Positions 25,144-31,743 of a stretch of 44,902 nt of DNA are shown in pieces. The notes beneath the pieces are model-generated. The model had not been told where the DNA came from and searched no databases. It saw only the letters and a list, made by a program, of their open reading frames with translations. Positions within the stretch are counted from its first letter, which is position 1. Every line of letters begins with the position of its first letter. A program made the position numbers and the translations under genes. Source of the DNA: an uncultured Candidatus Saccharibacteria bacterium (lineage in GTDB: Bacteria; Patescibacteriota; Saccharimonadia; Saccharimonadales; CAYVSP01); the NCBI GenBank assembly GCA_964453655.1, contig CAYVSP010000003.1, forward strand, positions 1 through 44,902. The letters run 5' to 3'.

Positions 25144-26453
25144 AGATTGCGATTCTTGGTTATGGTGATCAAGGCCGAGCTGCCTATGAATATTGGAACA
25201 AACCGGAAAACGAAATTGTTGTTTGTGACGCCAATGAAAAACTCGAGCTCCCAGCCGGCGTACAGTCCCACCTAGGTCCTAATCATTTAACAAATCTAGA
25301 TGAATTTGACCTGCTTATCCGCACTCCTATTTTGCACCCGCGAGATATCGTTGCAGCCAATCCTGACTCTCCTAACATCTTAGATAAAGTAACAACGGTG
25401 ACTAATGAATTCATGAGGGTATGCCCTACCAAAAACATTATTGGTGTAACAGGCACAAAAGGTAAAGGAACCACTAGCACCTTAATAGCCAAGATGCTTG
25501 AGGCCGTAGGCAAAACAGTTCATCTTGGTGGTAACATTGGCACACCGCCGCTGGATATGCTCAAGGCCGGTATCAAGGTTGACGACTGGGTCGTACTGGA
25601 GCTTGCCAATTTCCAGCTGATTGACTTAAAACAATCACCGGCTTTTGCGGTTTGTTTGATGGTAGTACCTGAACATATGGATTGGCACGGCGATATGAAT
25701 GATTACATTGCTGCTAAACAGCAGTTGTTTGCTCATCAAACTGAACTGGATACAGCAATCTACTATGGTTTAAATGCTACATCTCAACATATTGCAGGTA
25801 TTAGTCCTGGCAATAAGATTCCCTACATGAAGCACCCAGGAGCCGATATAATTGAAAACGCAGTTGTAGTAGACGGCCAAACCATTTGCAAAGTCGAGGA
25901 ACTTAAACTGCTCGGCAAACACAACTGGCAAAATATCTGCGCAGCGGTTACGGCTGTCTGGCAAATCGACAAGAACGTTAATGCAATTCGTTCAGTATTA
26001 ACCAGTTTCAGCGGCTTACCCCACCGTCTTGAACTGTTACGCGAGGTTGGTGGAGTTGCTTATTACAATGACTCTTTTGCTAGTACACCCGACGCTACTA
26101 TGGCGGCGACTGAAGCTATAACCCAGCCAAAAGTGGTAATTGTTGGCGGCTTTGAACGTGGCTTGGACCTAACGGAAATGGCCAACGCTTTTGTGAATAA
26201 CCAAAGCTCTATCCAAGAGGTATTGTGCATCGGCGCAACTGGACCACGCGCCGCCGAAGCCCTAAAAAAAGCTGGATTTAGTAAATATGAAATCCTTAAG
26301 GACAAATCAATGGATACAATTGTCCAAAAAGCCCATACCTTGGCTAAACCTGGCGACGCCGTGATTTTATCACCAGGCTTTGCTAGCTTTGATATGTTCA
26401 AAAACTTTGTGGAGCGTGGCATAAAATTTAAAGAAGCAGTTGAAGCATTATGA
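25140..26453 (+). CDS. murD: UDP-N-acetylmuramoyl-L-alanine--glutamate ligase (MurD; possibly the L-Glu-adding MurD2 type)
   Basis: 437 aa with the Mur ligase P-loop GVTGTKGKGTT, plus LELANFQL and GLPHRLE motifs typical of MurD. Confidence 0.85.
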   Translation: MKIAILGYGDQGRAAYEYWNKPENEIVVCDANEKLELPAGVQSHLGPNHLTNLDEFDLLIRTPILHPRDIVAANPDSPNILDKVTTVTNEFMRVCPTKNIIGVTGTKGKGTTSTLIAKMLEAVGKTVHLGGNIGTPPLDMLKAGIKVDDWVVLELANFQLIDLKQSPAFAVCLMVVPEHMDWHGDMNDYIAAKQQLFAHQTELDTAIYYGLNATSQHIAGISPGNKIPYMKHPGADIIENAVVVDGQTICKVEELKLLGKHNWQNICAAVTAVWQIDKNVNAIRSVLTSFSGLPHRLELLREVGGVAYYNDSFASTPDATMAATEAITQPKVVIVGGFERGLDLTEMANAFVNNQSSIQEVLCIGATGPRAAEALKKAGFSKYEILKDKSMDTIVQKAHTLAKPGDAVILSPGFASFDMFKNFVERGIKFKEAVEAL

Positions 26454-27742
26454 GTAAATATACTTCTTTCATTTTTGAGAATTATGAATTTGACGCTGGC
26501 ACTAAAACGCTGCAACTCCACTACAGCATGGGCGGGATAGTCAATTTTACAGAGACTTACAAGTTCGATTTTGATTTTGTTAACTATAGCCAGGAGGCGC
26601 TTGATATAGCTTTGCAAAGCTTATTTATCGTGGCTGGAGTCTCATATTACAAGGCTTATTTACCAGCTAATATTGATATCCACCTGCCGCTAAAACTTGA
26701 CCAAGCAAGTATGAACTTCTTTGCAAAAACTTACCAAAAGGGTTTAGGGGAATTCTTTTATGCTAACAACCTAAACCCCGACACACCCATTAAATTTCCA
26801 ACAAACAACGCTGTCCCAATACCAATAGAAACTATTAAAAATAAAGGTCTCCTCGTAGGTATCGGTGGCGGTAAAGATTCCTTATTAAGTGTTGAGCTTT
26901 TACGAAATCAGTCCAAAGTGGCAACCTGGAGTGTCGGCCATAAAGCACAGCTCACGCCGCTTATACAAACAATTGGATTACCTCACTATTGGGTAGAACG
27001 AAGAATCGATCCTCAGCTTTTAGAATTAAAAAAAGACCCTGAAGCATACAACGGCCACATTCCTATTTCTGCAATTTTTGCTTGCGTTGGTTCCATAGTA
27101 GCCCTACTAAATGGGTACCAAGATGTAGTGGTCTCGAATGAAAGCTCAGCAAGTGAGCCCAACCTAACTTACGAAGGCGTGCCGATTAATCATCAATACT
27201 CAAAATCTCTAGAGTTTGAACAAGACTTTCAGCATTTTCTAAGTTGTTATTTTGGAGAGGGCCTGCGCTATTATTCATTTCTACGCCCCTTGAGTGAATT
27301 ACATATTGCTAAACTTTTTGCACGATTGGGTTTTGAGAAATATAAAGATACTTTTAGCTCCTGTAACCGAGCATTTACACAAGATAGTAACCATATGTTC
27401 TGGTGCGGGGAATGCCCAAAGTGTGCTTTCACCTTTTTAGCGCTCACCCCTTTTGTAGATCGAGATAAACTTGAGAGACTGTTTTGGGGTAAGAACCTAT
27501 TACTAGATCAACAATTAGACCAAACCTACCGTCACTTGCTTGGTATAGAAGGTGACAAGCCGCTGGAATGCGTAGGTGAAATTAAAGAATCACGCACAGC
27601 GATGCGCCTAGCACAGAAAATATATCCAGAATTGTCAAAGTATAAATTTGAGATACCATCAGATTATGATTATCTGGCGCTCGGTCTGCATAGTATGCCA
27701 AACGAGTTAGCTACAATTCTTAGAAATAGTGTCCAAAATTAA
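26450..27742 (+). CDS. PP-loop-type ATP-utilising protein coupled to murD; candidate MurL-like glycopeptidyl-glutamate epimerase
   Basis: 430 aa with a PP-loop-like motif GIGGGKDS and the C-terminal Cys motif CGECPKC. There is a 4-nt ATGA overlap with murD. The MurL assignment rests on synteny and ATP-motif logic, not on an alignment. Confidence 0.45.
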   Translation: MSKYTSFIFENYEFDAGTKTLQLHYSMGGIVNFTETYKFDFDFVNYSQEALDIALQSLFIVAGVSYYKAYLPANIDIHLPLKLDQASMNFFAKTYQKGLGEFFYANNLNPDTPIKFPTNNAVPIPIETIKNKGLLVGIGGGKDSLLSVELLRNQSKVATWSVGHKAQLTPLIQTIGLPHYWVERRIDPQLLELKKDPEAYNGHIPISAIFACVGSIVALLNGYQDVVVSNESSASEPNLTYEGVPINHQYSKSLEFEQDFQHFLSCYFGEGLRYYSFLRPLSELHIAKLFARLGFEKYKDTFSSCNRAFTQDSNHMFWCGECPKCAFTFLALTPFVDRDKLERLFWGKNLLLDQQLDQTYRHLLGIEGDKPLECVGEIKESRTAMRLAQKIYPELSKYKFEIPSDYDYLALGLHSMPNELATILRNSVQN

Positions 27743-28566
27743 TATTGCGAATCTTTATTATTTTCTACTGTTCTACGAGCAGCACGGATAACATTATCAA
27801 ATAAAGCGCAGACAGTTAGGGGGCCAACACCTCCTTTAGTTGGTGTAATAGTTAGGTCGTCGCGCTCATATACTTCAGGTGCCAGATCGCCAACTGTTTT
27901 GCCTGATTCGCTAGCCACACCAGCATCTACCACTACAGCCCGTTGCTTGATCATATCCGGATAAAGTATGGCCGGGCTACCGGTTGCGGTGATGATAACA
28001 TCAGCTTGTATCGTGTGTTTAGCTAAGTCCGGTACTCCTCGCTCTACTACTTCTACATCAATACCAGATGCTGTAAGCATTTTTTCCAGAGGAGCACCTA
28101 CTAATTTACCCTTACCAAGAAGCAAGACGTGTTTGCCGGGTAAATCAACGTTGTAGCCAGATAATAACCACATAATGGCCATGGGGGTGGCGGGATCAAA
28201 CTTAGCTTCTTTACCAAGTGCATCAACATCTTTTTCTGGAGCTACCATATTAACAATTTCGTCGGTTTGTGCTGTATCGGTCAAAGGCAGCTGAACGATA
28301 ATGCCATGTACTCTCTCATCATAATTAAGTTTTTGCAAAAGATTTGCAATTTCCTCTTGGGAAACAAATTGGATATCGACGTCTACCAAAATATCTGCGC
28401 CATATTGTTTTTTAAGCTTAACGTAGGTGTTTATGACTGGGTCGTCTTTGCATTGGACAATAGCAAGCTTGGGTTTAATGTTTTGAGCTTGGCGTAGACC
28501 ACGAACTGTTTTGGCCTGGCGCTCCTTGATAAAACCGGCTAATTCTTTACCGTTCAGTAATTTCAT
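27739..28566 (-). CDS. folD: Bifunctional methylenetetrahydrofolate dehydrogenase/cyclohydrolase
   Basis: 275 aa with the typical FolD pattern (YVKLKKQ..GIIVQLPL..GKGKLVGAPL..TPTKGGVGPLT). Confidence 0.9.
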   Translation of the reverse strand: MKLLNGKELAGFIKERQAKTVRGLRQAQNIKPKLAIVQCKDDPVINTYVKLKKQYGADILVDVDIQFVSQEEIANLLQKLNYDERVHGIIVQLPLTDTAQTDEIVNMVAPEKDVDALGKEAKFDPATPMAIMWLLSGYNVDLPGKHVLLLGKGKLVGAPLEKMLTASGIDVEVVERGVPDLAKHTIQADVIITATGSPAILYPDMIKQRAVVVDAGVASESGKTVGDLAPEVYERDDLTITPTKGGVGPLTVCALFDNVIRAARRTVENNKDSQY

Positions 28567-28640
28567 ACCGTGCTATTGTAACGCAATATTGCAAAAACAG
28601 GGGTAATTTGCTAAAGTCTCTCATGCATCAAGCAGCATAA

Positions 28641-28819
28641 GTCCTTGTGACACACGCACATTGATGTCGAACAAGGCGCGAGGGAAACGCGCAGCGAATC
28701 GTATACTAATACGGTGAGCGAGCATTGGAGCTCAGCAACAAAGTTCGGCGCAATGAACTTCAGCGGTGTCATGAGTAACGCTCATGAGCAGGCTGAAGTG
28801 GTGCGTGTGTCACAAGGGC
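28641..28819 (+). ncRNA. Unclassified, highly structured element of about 180 nt abutting the tRNA-Lys 5' end
   Basis: A 17-bp perfect closing stem pairs CCTTGTGACACACGCAC (28643-28659) with GTGCGTGTGTCACAAGG (28801-28817). It extends to 19 bp and overlaps the first 4 nt of the tRNA. At least five internal hairpins are present: GCGCG-AGGGAAA-CGCGC, ATCGTAT-ACTA-ATACGGT, AAGTTC..GAACTT, CTTCAGC..GCTGAAG and the enclosed CATGAG-TAACG-CTCATG. The strand is assumed to be that of the tRNA. Confidence 0.45.
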
Positions 28820-28892
28820 CAGTAGCTCAGCTGGTTAGAGCACCTGCCTCTTAAGCAGGGTGTCCGGGGTTCGAGTCCCCGCTGGCCCTCCA
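28816..28892 (+). tRNA. tRNA-Lys (anticodon CUU)
   Basis: GGGCCAG TA GCTC AGCTGGTTA GAGC A CCTGC CTCTTAA GCAGG GTGTC CGGGG TTCGAGT CCCCG CTGGCCC T CCA. This is a canonical cloverleaf with an encoded CCA. Confidence 0.92.
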
Positions 28893-28895
28893 AAC

Positions 28896-28923
28896 TTGTT
28901 ATTCTGCACATTTATTCTATAAT
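28896..28923 (+). promoter_or_regulatory. Promoter-like module for cassette 1 (TTGTTA, 16 nt spacer, TATAAT)
   Basis: The -35-like hexamer is at 28896-28901 and a perfect TATAAT is at 28918-28923. ATGs lie 3 and 9 nt downstream, with no Shine-Dalgarno sequence. This suggests a leaderless or near-leaderless mRNA. Confidence 0.45.
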
Positions 28924-28931
28924 TTATGATT

Positions 28932-29477
28932 ATGGCCTCTCTTGCTACAAACACAGCCCTTGAATTACCTCCAGCAGGTGCACTTTGGGTTAGTCCCGAT
29001 TTCATGGACTTAGAGCTTGTAGATCAAGCCAATCGAGTCACTGACCCACAAACCTATCTTCACATGAGAGGATTTGTGTGGATGCAAAAAAGTCCAGAAG
29101 AGGTTACAGCAATAATTGAAAATGGAGATACTCCAGAACCTCTATGTGAAATGGCACAAAAAGTAGCAGATGCACTTCCTTTTGTATGGAGTAGTCTAAG
29201 TTTTTACATACGTCATATTGGAACTAAAGAGCACACATCTAGCGTAAGTATTCACAGCGACAATGATAAAAGCATGCGTGTTTTAATTGAAGGTGGCAGT
29301 GCTAAATGGGTGTTTGACCAAGAAGAGTGGACACAACAATATCCAAATGGCTTATTACTAAGAAAAGGAACGGCGGCTGTCTTAAACAACTTGTGTGATC
29401 GATCGAGTCAACTACGCCACGGTGTAACAACAGAATTAGATACCAGAACAAGCTATTTGTTTAACTTCTATAAATAG
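28932..29477 (+). CDS. Cassette 1: hypothetical protein (about 181 aa)
   Basis: ORF from the track, with an alternative ATG at 28926. I recognise no family. Confidence 0.55.
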   Translation: MASLATNTALELPPAGALWVSPDFMDLELVDQANRVTDPQTYLHMRGFVWMQKSPEEVTAIIENGDTPEPLCEMAQKVADALPFVWSSLSFYIRHIGTKEHTSSVSIHSDNDKSMRVLIEGGSAKWVFDQEEWTQQYPNGLLLRKGTAAVLNNLCDRSSQLRHGVTTELDTRTSYLFNFYK

Positions 29478-29553
29478 CATCTCCAATTCTGGTAGCACCA
29501 ACCCTCACTATGGCCCTAATTGGCAATATTTAGTTTTGTGTTGCTGTGAATTG

Positions 29554-29604
29554 AAGTAGTAACTAGATCTACGATGGCCCTCCAATACGCTTATGCTTAA
29601 AAAC
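29554..29604 (+). repeat. Cassette-boundary repeat R1
   Basis: agtaactagatctacga TGGCCCTCCA atacgcttatgctt. The right arm matches R3 and R4; the left arm is weaker. Confidence 0.65.
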
Positions 29605-29627
29605 AGAGGTAAATTGCCTCTGTTTTT
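29599..29627 (+). terminator. Rho-independent terminator inside the R1 boundary
   Basis: Hairpin AAAAACAGAGG-TAAATTG-CCTCTGTTTTT. Confidence 0.65.
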
Positions 29628-29641
29628 GTTATGATTAATGG

Positions 29642-30256
29642 ATGGATAAGGTTGACTACAAAAAGAAGTTAAAAGACTTCTATCAGGCCGAGGTCAATAA
29701 GCCTGTAGTTGTGCAAGTCCCAAAGATGAACTTTATTATGATTGACGGCAAAGGTGACCCAAATACATCTCAAGAATATATTGACGCAATTCAAACACTT
29801 TACCCTGTTGCATACACCATAAAGTTCACTTCTAAAATAAAAAATGCTAAAGATTTTGGAGTTATGCCACTCGAAGGTTTATGGTGGACTGAAAATATGG
29901 CAGATCTCAGCCCAGAAGACAAGAGCAACTGGTTATGGACCGCTATGATTATGCAGCCAGATGTTGTTACTGAAGATTTATATAATCAAGCGGTTCAGCA
30001 AGTTAGAGAAAAGAAAAAACCCAAATCTTTAGAAAAACTACGTTTTACACCATACGAAGAAGGCCGCGCCGCACAAGTAATGTATGTCGGTCCGTATTCT
30101 GACGAAGGACCAACTATTCAAAATCTACACAATTTTATAAAAGAGCAAGGCGGCTCATTAGACGATACCAACAAGCATCATCACGAGATTTATTTAGGTG
30201 ACCCACGCCGTACTGACCCATCAAAGCTAAAAACTATAATTAGGCAGCCGTACTAA
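29642..30256 (+). CDS. Cassette 2: GyrI-like small-molecule-binding domain protein
   Basis: 204 aa. The pattern VPKMNFIMIDGKGDPNTSQEY..LYPVAYTIKF..MPLEGLWW..HHEIYLGDPRRTDPSKLKTIIRQPY is characteristic of the widespread GyrI-like/effector-binding family. It is preceded by TGtTATGAT (extended -10-like) 6 nt upstream, with no SD. Confidence 0.75.
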   Translation: MDKVDYKKKLKDFYQAEVNKPVVVQVPKMNFIMIDGKGDPNTSQEYIDAIQTLYPVAYTIKFTSKIKNAKDFGVMPLEGLWWTENMADLSPEDKSNWLWTAMIMQPDVVTEDLYNQAVQQVREKKKPKSLEKLRFTPYEEGRAAQVMYVGPYSDEGPTIQNLHNFIKEQGGSLDDTNKHHHEIYLGDPRRTDPSKLKTIIRQPY

Positions 30257-30277
30257 CTGAGTTCGATGTCCTGATCT

Positions 30278-30328
30278 TAGTTGTAATTGTGTTCACTGTG
30301 GCCCTCCATTCCCGATAATGCTTTATAT
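30278..30328 (+). repeat. Cassette-boundary repeat R2
   Basis: tagttgtaattgtgttcactg TGGCCCTCCA ttcccgataatgcttt. Confidence 0.65.
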
Positions 30329-30346
30329 GATTGTTATAATATAGTT

Positions 30347-30532
30347 ATGAAACAAAATCTTTGGATTGTAGGTTTAGGTCTCGTCATAATCGCAGCATTT
30401 AGGTACGCCTATGCGGGTTCCAGTGAAAAAGCAGCTGCCTGGGCATTAAGTACCGTCATTATGGTGACGGGTGGAATTGTGCTCGGTGCAGCATTTCTTA
30501 GCTATCACACTCTTTCAGGCAATAAAAACTAG
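30347..30532 (+). CDS. Cassette 3: small two-TM membrane protein (61 aa)
   Basis: Sequence MKQNLWIVGLGLVIIAAF..VIMVTGGIVLGAAFL... The start lies 6 nt after TGTTATAAT (30332-30340). The stop TAG is the first triplet of the R3 left arm. Confidence 0.5.
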   Translation: MKQNLWIVGLGLVIIAAFRYAYAGSSEKAAAWALSTVIMVTGGIVLGAAFLSYHTLSGNKN

Positions 30533-30580
30533 TTGCGATGAGCGTTACCGTGGCCCTCCAATTCAGTTATGCTTGCATTG
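30530..30580 (+). repeat. Cassette-boundary repeat R3 (closest to the consensus)
   Basis: tagttgcgatgagcgttaccg TGGCCCTCCA attcagttatgcttgcattg. The left arm is 18/21 identical to R6, 17/21 to R5 and 16/21 to R4. Confidence 0.75.
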
Positions 30581-30601
30581 TTTATTAAATCATCAATAAT
30601 T
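30573..30601 (+). promoter_or_regulatory. Promoter-like module for cassette 4 (TTGCAT, 17 nt spacer, ATAATT)
   Basis: TTGCAT at 30573-30578 and ATAATT at 30596-30601, with the ATG at 30607 and no SD. The same hexamers and spacing occur in R4. Confidence 0.5.
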
Positions 30602-30606
30602 AAGTT

Positions 30607-30906
30607 ATGACTTCACCAGGACAAGAAGGACTTTCTCAGGAATGCGTTGATAGAGCCCTAGCGCTTGAACAACTGTTGTTAGGCCAAGGTCTAATTACTG
30701 ATCAGCCGATTTTAGCAGCTCAGATGCAGGATGAACTGGAAGGCCATCTTAATAAACAAATTGTTGAACTGTTGGGAAGACCGCCAATTAGAAGGACTTT
30801 GTATGCGACTCTTGGAGATTTAGTGATATTAGGTAAGGCACAAGACACAAGCGATGGTATGGTATTCCAAATCTCTTATGTTAGTGAAGGTATCACTGAG
30901 GCATAG
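30607..30906 (+). CDS. Cassette 4: small acidic hypothetical protein (99 aa)
   Basis: ORF from the track. By my count it has about 14 acidic and 6 basic residues. I recognise no family. Confidence 0.5.
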   Translation: MTSPGQEGLSQECVDRALALEQLLLGQGLITDQPILAAQMQDELEGHLNKQIVELLGRPPIRRTLYATLGDLVILGKAQDTSDGMVFQISYVSEGITEA

Positions 30907-30919
30907 TTACTGACCCATT

Positions 30920-30970
30920 TAGTTGAGATAAGCATTACGATGGCCCTCCAATACCGCTTATTCTTGCATT
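30920..30970 (+). repeat. Cassette-boundary repeat R4
   Basis: tagttgagataagcattacga TGGCCCTCCA ataccgcttattcttgcatt. Confidence 0.75.
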
Positions 30971-30992
30971 AATAAATAAAGAGTCAATAATT
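30964..30992 (+). promoter_or_regulatory. Promoter-like module for cassette 5 (TTGCAT, 17 nt spacer, ATAATT)
   Basis: TTGCAT at 30964-30969 and ATAATT at 30987-30992, with the ATG at 31000 and no SD. Confidence 0.5.
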
Positions 30993-30999
30993 ACTAGCC

Positions 31000-31458
31000 A
31001 TGGTGAGTTTAGAATTTAGCGATGTACCATTAGACGAATCTTTAATCGGGCCATTATTTGCTAATAGGATTGGATTGGAGCCAGTTAGATGGGGTCAAAC
31101 ACCAGATTTCACATATGCCGACTCTGAAGTAGGGGATTATATTGAGCGAGAGATTGCAACACTTAAGATAGCAGCACTACCAATTTTACATCATGAACTA
31201 ACTGCACTTCTAGAGGAACTGCAAAGCGGTACTGAGCCCAAAACAGTTCTGCATGGATTTTTGGAATGGGGTGAATCTAGTGTTCCTAAAGTTGCTGGAT
31301 TTCTCGGTCAGCGTGCTGGTGATGTCCAATTAACAGTCCAGTCTTTAAGTAATCTAGGTGTATTAAAACAAGCCGCCAGGGTAGATGTTTTTGGTGATGC
31401 ACAGTTTATAGTAGATCCAAACGCAGAGATTTTTGCTCCCGCAATTTCGTTGCAATGA
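31000..31458 (+). CDS. Cassette 5: acidic hypothetical protein (152 aa)
   Basis: ORF from the track. Its stop TGA lies inside the R5 left arm. I recognise no family. Confidence 0.5.
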   Translation: MVSLEFSDVPLDESLIGPLFANRIGLEPVRWGQTPDFTYADSEVGDYIEREIATLKIAALPILHHELTALLEELQSGTEPKTVLHGFLEWGESSVPKVAGFLGQRAGDVQLTVQSLSNLGVLKQAARVDVFGDAQFIVDPNAEIFAPAISLQ

Positions 31459-31477
31459 GAGCTACCGTGGCCCTCCA
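31447..31477 (+). repeat. Cassette-boundary repeat R5 (left arm and core only)
   Basis: tcgttgcaatgagagctaccg TGGCCCTCCA. The right arm is not conserved. Confidence 0.7.
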
Positions 31478-31495
31478 CGCAAACCAATATATTGC

Positions 31496-31603
31496 CTAGA
31501 ATTGATAACCATTCAGCACATGTTGGTCCCAGTAAAAAAGAATTGCCAAAATTATAACGATAATAATGATTATTGTTGGCTTAGAAAGTTTAAGTTTACT
31601 CAT
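31496..31603 (-). CDS. Cassette 6: reverse-oriented 35-aa hydrophobic peptide
   Basis: My own translation gives MSKLKLSKPTIIIIIVIILAILFYWDQHVLNGYQF, with a single TM-like stretch. On the minus strand it is preceded by TGCTAATGT (weak extended -10-like), 6 nt upstream, with no SD. Confidence 0.3.
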   Translation of the reverse strand: MSKLKLSKPTIIIIIVIILAILFYWDQHVLNGYQF

Positions 31604-31645
31604 GGTTAAACATTAGCATATGTTATGGTTATGGCTAACGTATCC

Positions 31646-31676
31646 TAGCTGCGATGAGTGTTACTGTGGCCCTCCA
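31646..31676 (+). repeat. Cassette-boundary repeat R6 (distal end of the array)
   Basis: tagctgcgatgagtgttactg TGGCCCTCCA, followed by unrelated sequence and a bidirectional terminator. Confidence 0.75.
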
Positions 31677-31698
31677 TCTGTATTAAGATTCCAAATTA

Positions 31699-31726
31699 AA
31701 ACAGTCCGGATTAATCCGGACTGTTT
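31699..31726. terminator. Bidirectional terminator
   Basis: Hairpin AAACAGTCCGGAT-TA-ATCCGGACTGTTT, between the end of the array and the convergent surface-protein gene. Confidence 0.7.
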
Positions 31727-31743
31727 CTTTGGAGACTATGTTT

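Larger units (their letters stand above)
28883..31676 (+). mobile_element. tRNA-Lys-anchored array of single-gene cassettes bounded by direct repeats with core TGGCCCTCCA
   Basis: The exact 10-mer TGGCCCTCCA occurs at 28883 (the tRNA 3' end), 29575, 30299, 30551, 30941, 31468 and 31667. A copy with a 2-nt deletion (TGGCCCT-AAT) lies at 29511. One ORF lies between each consecutive pair of exact copies. The flanking arms are conserved; see the repeat features. Confidence 0.7.

Noticed and set aside
26063-26617. 184-aa minus-strand ORF
   Set aside because: It is antisense across the murD/PP-loop gene junction, and both sense genes carry strong motifs.
28660-28800. Self-cleaving ribozyme (hammerhead-type) in the tRNA-Lys leader
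   Set aside because: The sequence TTGATGTCGAA only loosely resembles CUGAUGA...GAAA. The core nucleotides are not satisfied and I could not draw the three-helix junction.
28883-31676. Could the TGGCCCTCCA repeat array be a CRISPR array?
   Set aside because: The intervals between repeats are 189-714 nt and contain ORFs with promoter-like elements. The repeats are imperfect outside the 10-nt core and show no CRISPR-like palindromic repeat structure. No cas genes lie in the window.
28883-31676. Could this be a classical integron (intI, attI, attC cassettes)?
   Set aside because: No tyrosine-recombinase IntI gene is adjacent. The repeats lack the GTTRRRY core and the imperfect inverted-repeat (R''-L''/L'-R') architecture of attC sites. 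The cassettes appear to carry their own promoters. I therefore report it as integron-like only by analogy.
29575-31676. Could the minus-strand complement of the repeat core (TGGAGGGCCA) be a retroelement primer-binding site for tRNA-Lys?
   Set aside because: Only 10-11 nt are complementary to the tRNA. There is no reverse transcriptase, LTR-like or retron msr/msd structure nearby. The idea rests purely on the complementarity.
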